A stretch of DNA of 13,290 nucleotides from an uncultured Aquificales bacterium (GTDB lineage Bacteria; Thermosulfidibacterota; Thermosulfidibacteria; Thermosulfidibacterales; Thermosulfidibacteraceae), in the NCBI GenBank assembly GCA_964411615.1, contig CAYPLO010000048.1, forward strand, positions 1-13,290, given 5' to 3'. The position numbers and the translations under genes were made by a program. Positions 6,543 through 13,290 of the stretch are shown piece by piece. Within the stretch, counting starts at the first letter, position 1. Every line of letters begins with the position of its first letter. The notes under the pieces are model-generated. The model ran no database searches. It was not told the DNA's origin and was given only the letters and a program-made list of their open reading frames with translations.

Positions 6543-7586
6543 ATGAAGCTCATCAGGGTTGCACTGACAGTTGCGTGGATTGTGGCAACCTGCATCCCAT
6601 CCTTAGCCCGTGGCAACATAACCCTTCTGGGAGCTGGAGCCACCTTCCCCTACCCCCTCTACTCCAAGTGGTTTGACGTGTACTACAGGACCACAGGGGT
6701 GAGGGTTAACTACCAGGCCATAGGTTCCGGGGGAGGCATAAGGCAGCTTCTAAGGAGGGTGGTGGACTTCGGAGCCACAGACGCCTTCATGAGCGATGAG
6801 GAGCTTAAGAAGGCCCCAGGTCCCATCATCCACATCCCCATGGCACTGGGAGCCGTTGTTATAACCTACAACCTGCCAGGCTCACCAACCCTCAGATTCA
6901 CCCCCGAAGTGGTGGCAGACATATTCCTTGGCAAGATAACCTACTGGGACCATCCCAGGATAAAGAGCCTCAATCCCAATGTAAAGCTGCCCCACCGGCG
7001 GATAGTTGTGGTTCACAGGTCAGACGGCTCAGGCACCACTGCCATATTTACAGACTACCTCTGCAAGGTGAGCAGGGAGTGGAGAGCAAAGGTGGGTAAG
7101 GGCAAAAGCGTCAATTGGCCCACGGGACTGGGAGGCAAGGGCAACCCAGGAGTGGCAGGGCTCATAGCCCAGATACCGGGCAGCATAGGCTACGTTGAGC
7201 TTGCATACGCAAAGCAGAACAACCTGCCCGTGGCTATCCTGAAGAATAAGGCCGGCAAGTGGGTGAAACCCACCCTCAAGGCGGTATCGGCGGCGGCCAA
7301 CATCCCACTGCCACCGGACACAAGGGTCTCCATAACCGACACCGAGGCACCGGATGGCTACCCCATAAGCGGCTTCACCTGGATAATCATCTACAAGGAG
7401 CAGAACTACGCCAGAAGAAGCCTTGACAGGGCAAGGGCACTGGTAAAGCTGCTCTGGTGGTGCATACACGATGCCCAGAAGTACAACGAATCGCTTCTCT
7501 ACGGAAGGCTCCCCCAGAAGGCGGTGGAGATATCCGAAAGGCTCCTTGAGGAGGTGACCTACAACGGCAAACCCATTCTGAGGTGA
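6543..7586 (+). CDS. pstS: Phosphate ABC transporter substrate-binding protein
   Basis: GAGATFPYPLY, YQAIGSGGG, DFGATD, HRSDGSGTT, GSIGYVE and YPISGFT motifs, plus an N-terminal signal peptide. Start set at ATG 6543, downstream of AGGAGGT. Confidence 0.97.
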   Translation: MKLIRVALTVAWIVATCIPSLARGNITLLGAGATFPYPLYSKWFDVYYRTTGVRVNYQAIGSGGGIRQLLRRVVDFGATDAFMSDEELKKAPGPIIHIPMALGAVVITYNLPGSPTLRFTPEVVADIFLGKITYWDHPRIKSLNPNVKLPHRRIVVVHRSDGSGTTAIFTDYLCKVSREWRAKVGKGKSVNWPTGLGGKGNPGVAGLIAQIPGSIGYVELAYAKQNNLPVAILKNKAGKWVKPTLKAVSAAANIPLPPDTRVSITDTEAPDGYPISGFTWIIIYKEQNYARRSLDRARALVKLLWWCIHDAQKYNESLLYGRLPQKAVEISERLLEEVTYNGKPILR

Positions 7587-7590
7587 GTTG

Positions 7591-8469
7591 ATGGAGCAGA
7601 GAGGGGACAGGCTGTTTGCAAGAATCATACTTACCTGCGGGGCAGCGGTAATCCTGACAGTTGTGGCTGGGGCCATCACTCTGACGGTGGCCTCCGCTCC
7701 ATCAATAAAGGCCTTCGGATTGAAGTTTATCATAGACCCGTCCTGGGACCCTCTGGGAGAAAAGTTTGGAGCACTGGTGTTTCTGGTGGGGACCATGGTA
7801 ACATCGCTACTCTCCTTAGCCATCACAACCCCCATGGCACTGGCCATCTCCCTCTTCATCACCGAGTACGCCCCCAGAGGGCTGAGACAGCCTGTAAGCC
7901 ACATGGTTGAACTTCTGGCCGCCATCCCATCGGTCATATACGGGCTCTGGGGGATATTCTTTCTGGTGCCCCTTGTCAGAAGGCTTGAGTTGGCCATAGG
8001 TCAGCCACCATACGGGGTAGGGGCATTCACCGCATCCTTAGTGCTTGCCATCATGATACTTCCCTACGCCGTGTCCGTGGCCAGAAGCGCCATCTCAATG
8101 GTGCCCCACGAACTCAAAGAGGGGGGATACGCCCTGGGAGCCACGAGGTGGGAGGTGGTTAGGCACGTCATACTGCCCTACGCCAAATCGGGGATAGTGG
8201 CAGGCCTTCTGCTGGCCCTGGGCAGGGCACTGGGGGAGACCATGGCGGTGACCATGGTGATAGGCAACAGAAACGCACTGCTAAGGACCATCTTTGACCC
8301 AACAAACACCATGGCCAGTGTGATAGCCAACGAGTTCACGGAGGCCACATCAGACCTGCACCTTGCAGCTCTTACGGAGATAGGGCTTCTGCTCTTCGGA
8401 GTGACCCTTTTGGTCAACTTAGCGGGAAGGTGGGTGATGAACAGGCTATCGGTGGGGAAAACACCATGA
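7591..8469 (+). CDS. pstC: Phosphate ABC transporter permease PstC
   Basis: ELLAAIPSVIYGLWG, EAA-loop KEGGYALGATRWE, GRALGETMAV and ASVIANEFTEA. ATG 7591 follows GAGGTGA. Confidence 0.97.
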   Translation: MEQRGDRLFARIILTCGAAVILTVVAGAITLTVASAPSIKAFGLKFIIDPSWDPLGEKFGALVFLVGTMVTSLLSLAITTPMALAISLFITEYAPRGLRQPVSHMVELLAAIPSVIYGLWGIFFLVPLVRRLELAIGQPPYGVGAFTASLVLAIMILPYAVSVARSAISMVPHELKEGGYALGATRWEVVRHVILPYAKSGIVAGLLLALGRALGETMAVTMVIGNRNALLRTIFDPTNTMASVIANEFTEATSDLHLAALTEIGLLLFGVTLLVNLAGRWVMNRLSVGKTP

Positions 8470-9299
8470 GAAGGCTGAAAAATCTTACCGCCACGTTCAC
8501 CGTATGGACCCTCAGCCTGCTATCACTGGTGCCTCTGGTTCTGATTCTCGCCTCCATAATCTCAAAGGGCATACGGAGCATAGGCTGGGACTTCCTCACA
8601 TCCCTCCCCAAACCACCGGGAGAGCCTGGAGGGGGCATAGCAAACGCCATAGTGGGAACCTTCATGCTTATAGTCATAGCCTCCGCAATAGCCGTGCCCG
8701 TAGGGGTAATGGCCGGGGTCTATCTGTCGGAGGCCGGAGAGAGCAAACTCAAAGGATACGTGAGGCTGTGCGCAGACATGCTGCAGGGGACACCGTCAAT
8801 AGTGGTGGGGATACTGGCGTATCTGTGGGTTGTGGTGCCCATGCACAGATTCAGCGCCTTATCAGGGGGAGTGGCCCTGGCGTTGATAATGCTTCCCACA
8901 ATAGTGAGGGCCACGGAAGAATCCCTGCTCCTTGTGCCACAGGAGCTGAGGGAGGCCTCCTTAGCCCTTGGGGCAAGCAGGTGGAGGACAGTTCTAAAGG
9001 TGGTGATTCCAGCAGGGCTTCCCGGTGTGGCAACGGGGGTCATGGTGTCGGTGGCAAGAATCGCAGGGGAGACGGCTCCACTGCTCTTCACCGCCTTCGG
9101 CAACCCCTTCATGACCGTTAACCCTGCAGAGCCCGTCAATGCCCTGCCACTGGTCATTTACAACTACGCCTCAAGCCCCTATAGGGATTGGTGGGAGCAG
9201 GCATGGGGAGCCTCTTTAGTTCTCATAGCCATGGTGCTTATACTGAACATAGGGGCGAGGGCCTTCGTGAAGAGGGTGCGCGGAGGCGGGTATGAGTAG
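8466..9299 (+). CDS. pstA: Phosphate ABC transporter permease PstA
   Basis: [30 protein letters not shown] and [13 protein letters not shown]. Start at ATG 8466 gives an ATGA overlap with the pstC stop. Confidence 0.97.
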   Translation: MRRLKNLTATFTVWTLSLLSLVPLVLILASIISKGIRSIGWDFLTSLPKPPGEPGGGIANAIVGTFMLIVIASAIAVPVGVMAGVYLSEAGESKLKGYVRLCADMLQGTPSIVVGILAYLWVVVPMHRFSALSGGVALALIMLPTIVRATEESLLLVPQELREASLALGASRWRTVLKVVIPAGLPGVATGVMVSVARIAGETAPLLFTAFGNPFMTVNPAEPVNALPLVIYNYASSPYRDWWEQAWGASLVLIAMVLILNIGARAFVKRVRGGGYE

Positions 9300-10050
9300 C
9301 GTGATTATGGAGACGAGAAACCTGTGTGCCTACTTCGGCGAACAGCAGGTCCTCAAGAACATCAACCTCAGCTTCTTTGAGAAGAAGGCCACGGCCATAA
9401 TGGGACCATCGGGATGCGGGAAGACCACCCTGATAAGGTGCCTGAACAGGATGCACGAGCTCATCCCGGAGGCCAGGGTTACCGGAGAAATCCTCCTCAA
9501 GGGCCAAAATGTTATGGAGATGGACCCAACGGTGGTCAGGAGAAAGGTTGGGATGGTGTTCCAGAAGCCCAACCCCTTCCCCACAATGTCCATATACGAG
9601 AACGTCATAGCGGGATACAGGCTAAACGGCATAAAGCTGAAAAGGGATGAGGCGGATAGCATAGTGGAGGAGTGCCTCCGTAAGGTGGGACTCTGGGACG
9701 AGGTCAAAGACAAGCTACACCAGAAGGGGACCATGCTCTCAGGGGGCCAGCAGCAGCGACTCTGCATAGCCAGGGCCCTGGCGGTGAAACCGGAGGTGCT
9801 GCTCATGGACGAGCCCACATCGGCCCTGGACCCAAAATCCACAGCCAACATAGAGAGGCTGATAAACGAACTTAAGAAAGAGATAACCATAATCATCGTA
9901 ACCCATAACACGGCACAGGCGGGAAGGGTGGCGGACTACACAGCCTTCATATACATGGGAGAACTGATTGAATACGGACCAACAGAGGAGCTCTTCACTG
10001 CCCCCAAGAACCCCAAGACAGAGGAGTACCTGACGGGAAGGTTCGGATAG
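9292..10050 (+). CDS. pstB: Phosphate ABC transporter ATP-binding protein
   Basis: Walker [20 protein letters not shown], signature [13 protein letters not shown], Walker [12 protein letters not shown] and C-terminal YLTGRFG. RBS GGAGG. Confidence 0.98.
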   Translation: MSSVIMETRNLCAYFGEQQVLKNINLSFFEKKATAIMGPSGCGKTTLIRCLNRMHELIPEARVTGEILLKGQNVMEMDPTVVRRKVGMVFQKPNPFPTMSIYENVIAGYRLNGIKLKRDEADSIVEECLRKVGLWDEVKDKLHQKGTMLSGGQQQRLCIARALAVKPEVLLMDEPTSALDPKSTANIERLINELKKEITIIIVTHNTAQAGRVADYTAFIYMGELIEYGPTEELFTAPKNPKTEEYLTGRFG

Positions 10051-10060
10051 GGAGGAAGAG

Positions 10061-10711
10061 ATGCTGGAGGATGCACTCAAAAGGCTTCAGGAACTCATAA
10101 TGAAGGCCTCATTTCTGGCGGAGGAGATGGTTGTCAAGGCAGAGAAGGCCCTGGAGAAGCGGATACCGGAGCTGGCAAGGGAGGTTATAGAGAAGGACGA
10201 GGTGGAGCTTGACCTGCTCGATTTAACCATAACCGAGGAGGTGGTGAGAACCTTCGCCCTCTACCAGCCCAAGGCCAGGGACCTGAGGATGGTGCTGTCC
10301 GTCTTCAACATCATAAGGCACTTAGAGAGGGTGGGAGACCATGCGGTGAACATAGCCGAATACACCCTTGAGCTGGTGGACAAGCCCATGGTCAAGCCCT
10401 TGGTTGACATACCCAGGATGGCAAAAATCGCCACAGAGATGCTAAAGGACGCCATAGACTCCTTCATAAAGGGAGACGAGGAGAGGGCTTACAGGGTGAT
10501 AGAGAGGGACGATGAGGTGGACAACCTGCTGGAACAGGTGAGGAGGGAACTCATAACCTACATGGTCAGCGACCCGGCCACCATAGACAGAGGTCTAAAA
10601 CTGACCTCCATAGCCAGAAACTTAGAGAGGATAGCGGACCTTGCCACAAACATAGCCGAAGAGGCCGTCTTCCTCGTCAAGGGAAAAATCATCAAGCACA
10701 GGCCACTATGA
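10061..10711 (+). CDS. phoU: Phosphate signalling/transport regulator PhoU
   Basis: Two PhoU repeats: QPKARDLR...LERVGDHAVNIAE and DDEVD...LERIADLATNIAE. RBS GGAGG. Confidence 0.97.
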   Translation: MLEDALKRLQELIMKASFLAEEMVVKAEKALEKRIPELAREVIEKDEVELDLLDLTITEEVVRTFALYQPKARDLRMVLSVFNIIRHLERVGDHAVNIAEYTLELVDKPMVKPLVDIPRMAKIATEMLKDAIDSFIKGDEERAYRVIERDDEVDNLLEQVRRELITYMVSDPATIDRGLKLTSIARNLERIADLATNIAEEAVFLVKGKIIKHRPL

Positions 10712-11406
10712 GCATCCTGAAGCTCAAGAGGATAGCCGTTGTGGAAGATGAAGAGGATGTGGCAAACCTCATATCACTGCACCTCAGAAGGGAAGGGGCC
10801 CTCCCCTTCACCTTTGAGGAGGGTGAGTCCTTCCTCACCTTCGTGGAAAGGGAACCCTGCCATCTGGTGATACTGGACCTGATGCTTCCGGGCATAGACG
10901 GGATTGAGATACTGAGACTGCTAAAGCTGAACCCCTCAACATCCCGCATTCCCGTCATAATCCTCACCGCTAAAGGGGAGGAGGCGGACAGGGTTCTGGG
11001 GCTTGAGATGGGAGCGGACGACTACATGGTCAAGCCCTTCAGTCCCAGAGAGCTGGTGGCAAGGGCAAAGGCCATACTGAGAAGGACCGGCGAAAGGGCC
11101 GAAGAGGCCATAACCCTGGGCAGTCTCAGTATAGACAGAAAGAGAAGGAGCGTCTCGGTCAAGGGCAAGGAGATAGACCTATCTCCCACAGAGTTCAGCA
11201 TACTGGAGGCCCTGGCGGTCAGGAGGGGAGAGGCAGTCTCAAGGAGGGAGCTTCTTGAGGTCATAGGTAACCCCGAAGCATCGGAGAGAACCGTCGATGT
11301 CCACATAAGAAGAATAAGGGAGAAGCTGAAAGGTGCCGGGGACATGATAAAGACCGTCAGGGGCTGGGGATACAGGCTGAGGTGGGAAGCCTCACAAGAA
11401 GCATAG
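10708..11406 (+). CDS. phoB: OmpR-family response regulator PhoB/PhoP
   Basis: Receiver domain VVEDE, LDLMLPG, ILTAK and GADDYMVKPFS; winged-helix RTVDVHIRRIREKL and TVRGWGY. Located between phoU and a PhoR-like kinase, with an ATGA overlap. Confidence 0.9.
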   Translation: MSILKLKRIAVVEDEEDVANLISLHLRREGALPFTFEEGESFLTFVEREPCHLVILDLMLPGIDGIEILRLLKLNPSTSRIPVIILTAKGEEADRVLGLEMGADDYMVKPFSPRELVARAKAILRRTGERAEEAITLGSLSIDRKRRSVSVKGKEIDLSPTEFSILEALAVRRGEAVSRRELLEVIGNPEASERTVDVHIRRIREKLKGAGDMIKTVRGWGYRLRWEASQEA

Positions 11407-13088
11407 GCGGCAAGTTCTTCTTGGCCTCCTCCGCACTGCTCATAGCGGCAAGCGCCATACTATACTCGGTGGCCATAGTGGAGATTAAAAGCTTCTACTA
11501 CAGGTCCCAGAAGGAGAGCCTCCTGCAGAAGTGCAGACTCCTGAAACCGTGGATAACGGAGCTGATGGAGAACGAAGAAAGACTGCAAAAGGTGGTCCAG
11601 AGGATTGGGAAGGCATCTGGAGTGAGGATAACGGTGATAGAGAAGGGTGGACGGGTGCTTGCAGACTCACAGCACGACCCAGAGACCATGGAGAACCACT
11701 GGACGAGGCCGGAGGTTCAGGAGGCCCTGAACAAGGGCATAGGCTCATCTGTAAGATACAGCGCAACCCTCGGAAGATACCTGATGTATGTGGCAGTTCC
11801 CATCATGAAAGGAGAAGAACTTGCAGGGATACTGAGGCTATCCTACCACCTAAGCGACCTGAATGTTCCGCTAAACCAGCTCCGAAAAAAGATAACCCTG
11901 TGGACTCTGCTGGTGCTCATCATCGGGCTCATCACATCGTATCTACTATCAAGAGGCTTAACAAAAGACATAGAGAGGCTAAGTGCCACTGTGTCCGAGA
12001 TAGCATCTGGCAATTTCAACACCCCCATACACACACCGAAAACGGAGGAGATAAGGAGACTGGCAATAGGTGTAAAGACCATGCAGGAGTCGCTAAAGCA
12101 TCTCTTCACTCGAATAGAAGAGGAGAGGGAGAATCTGAGAAACATACTGTCCTCAATGCCAGATGCCGTGGCACTGATAAGAGATTCCGGAGAGATTGTA
12201 TACGAAAATGAGAGATTCAGGAAGATATCTGGAGATGCAGAGAACCTGTGGGATGTACTGAGAAGTCCAGAGATAGTAGAGACCATACACGAAGCGAAGG
12301 ATAAGGGAATCGCAAAAACAGAGCTTGAGATGAGGGGCAGGATTTACGAGATGAACGCAATCCAAACATCAGAAGGAGAGGTCCTTGTCATACTGCACGA
12401 CATCACAGAGAAGGAGAGACTGAACAAGATGAAGACGGAGTTTGTGGCAAACGTATCCCACGAACTGAAGACTCCCATCACGGTAATAAGCGGATATGCA
12501 GAGACTATAGAGGAATCCCAAGATGTAGAAGAGGCAAAAGAACTGGCAAGAATCATAAAAAAGCACGCAGACAGAATGGCAAGAATAGTATCGGACCTGC
12601 TACTGCTTTCCTCCATTGAGGAGGGGTCGGGATACAAATACGAAGATGTCAACATGAAGGAGATAGTAGAGAATGTGGTAGAGCGTGAAAGGGAAAGTGC
12701 CATCAGAAAAGGCTTAACTATTGAGAAATATTTGGAAGATATCACAGTAAAGGGCGTCCCGTATCTCCTTGAGCAGATGGTTGAGAACATCATAAGAAAC
12801 GCGGTAAACTACACAGAGAGTGGAAGCATAACGGTTATTCTCAGAAAGAGAGACGGCCGGTGCGTGCTTGAGGTAAAAGATACCGGGATAGGCATACCGG
12901 AGGAGCATCTACACAGGGTATTTGAGAGGTTCTACAGGGTGGACAAATCCAGGTCCCGGTCAACGGGGGGGACAGGACTCGGATTATCAATAGTCAAGCA
13001 TGTGGTAAAACTGCACAGAGGAGAGGTGAGCATAAAGAGCAGAGTCAACCAGGGAACCACCGTCACCGTCATCCTGCCCATAGGTTAG
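11382..13088 (+). CDS. phoR: Sensor histidine kinase PhoR (2 TM, extracytoplasmic domain, HAMP, PAS-like, HisKA, HATPase)
   Basis: H-box FVANVSHELKTP, N-box NIIRNAVNY, G1 DTGIGI, F-box FERFYRVDKSRSR and G2 GGTGLGLSI. Extracytoplasmic motif ADS...MENH..RPEV as in Firmicutes-type PhoR. The GTG start overlaps phoB by 25 nt. Confidence 0.92.
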   Translation: MGSLTRSIGGKFFLASSALLIAASAILYSVAIVEIKSFYYRSQKESLLQKCRLLKPWITELMENEERLQKVVQRIGKASGVRITVIEKGGRVLADSQHDPETMENHWTRPEVQEALNKGIGSSVRYSATLGRYLMYVAVPIMKGEELAGILRLSYHLSDLNVPLNQLRKKITLWTLLVLIIGLITSYLLSRGLTKDIERLSATVSEIASGNFNTPIHTPKTEEIRRLAIGVKTMQESLKHLFTRIEEERENLRNILSSMPDAVALIRDSGEIVYENERFRKISGDAENLWDVLRSPEIVETIHEAKDKGIAKTELEMRGRIYEMNAIQTSEGEVLVILHDITEKERLNKMKTEFVANVSHELKTPITVISGYAETIEESQDVEEAKELARIIKKHADRMARIVSDLLLLSSIEEGSGYKYEDVNMKEIVENVVERERESAIRKGLTIEKYLEDITVKGVPYLLEQMVENIIRNAVNYTESGSITVILRKRDGRCVLEVKDTGIGIPEEHLHRVFERFYRVDKSRSRSTGGTGLGLSIVKHVVKLHRGEVSIKSRVNQGTTVTVILPIG

Positions 13089-13107
13089 CTGTTTAAAAAA
13101 GTAGAAA

Positions 13108-13136
13108 TTGATTATATAGCCATACGGCTATATTTA
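13108..13136 (+). promoter_or_regulatory. Putative arsR promoter with overlapping palindromic operator
   Basis: TTGATT (13108-13113) and a -10 region TATATTTA (13129-13136). A perfect inverted repeat ATATAGCC-atac-GGCTATAT (13114-13133) fills the spacer, as expected for an ArsR/SmtB autorepression site. Confidence 0.75.
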
Positions 13137-13142
13137 GCGGAT

Positions 13143-13290
13143 ATGCCAAGCATACTGAAAAGACTCAAGGCGCTGGGGGACGGCACAAGGCTGAAGGTTT
13201 TGGCCCTTCTCTCCGTAAGGCCCTGTTGCGTGTGCGAGCTTGCAGAGGTGTTAAAGCTATCCCAACCCACCATGACCAGGCATCTGCAGA
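13143..13290 (+). CDS. arsR: ArsR/SmtB-family metalloregulator, 5' partial (runs off the right edge)
   Basis: Hand translation from ATG 13143 gives [49 protein letters not shown]. It has the family motifs KALGD.TRL, CVCEL and SQP...RHL. Not in the provided ORF track. Confidence 0.92.
   Translation, partial: MPSILKRLKALGDGTRLKVLALLSVRPCCVCELAEVLKLSQPTMTRHLQ

Noticed and set aside
6543..6610. PstS as a lipoprotein (Cys17)
   Set aside because: VATC does not fit the lipobox because the -1 residue should be Gly, Ala or Ser. An ordinary signal peptidase I site near SLA is more likely.
7029..7997. 322-aa minus-strand ORF spanning pstS and pstC
   Set aside because: It is antisense to two clearly conserved genes and has no domain features. 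Long open shadow frames are expected with this codon bias.
11531..12211. 226-aa alternative-frame plus-strand ORF inside phoR (and the similar 8504-9121 inside pstA)
   Set aside because: These are Arg/Gly-rich off-frame readings of a purine-rich coding strand. The host genes are intact, so there is no evidence of a frameshift or overprinted gene.
1..13290. Mobile elements, CRISPR arrays, tRNAs, defence systems
   Set aside because: I found no transposase or integrase motifs, terminal repeats, regularly spaced repeats or tRNA cloverleafs. The window is almost fully occupied by recognisable housekeeping genes.

Overview
Core-genome region of a probably thermophilic, deep-branching bacterium. 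The 16S fragment is about 64% GC by hand count over 1-300 and looks Aquificota/Thermosulfidibacter-like, which is only a tentative placement. From left to right: (1) the 5' end of a 16S rRNA gene (minus strand) with two tandem sigma70-type promoters, each followed by a boxA-like motif; (2) pgi (minus); (3) a tightly packed plus-strand operon encoding a DUF3568-like lipoprotein, a ferritin-like/VIT1-CCC1 iron transporter, a MenG/UbiE methyltransferase and a UbiD-family menaquinone decarboxylase; (4) a convergent Cys-rich radical SAM gene (minus); (5) a complete pstSCAB-phoU-phoB-phoR operon preceded by an 11-bp-period Pho box; (6) the 5' part of an ArsR-family repressor gene that is missing from the ORF track and has a palindromic operator. 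No mobile element, CRISPR array or clearly new system is visible. The most interesting signals are regulatory: the Pho box overlaps the likely promoter of the divergent, functionally unknown radical SAM gene, and an apparently leaderless arsR abuts the phosphate operon with no terminator between them.
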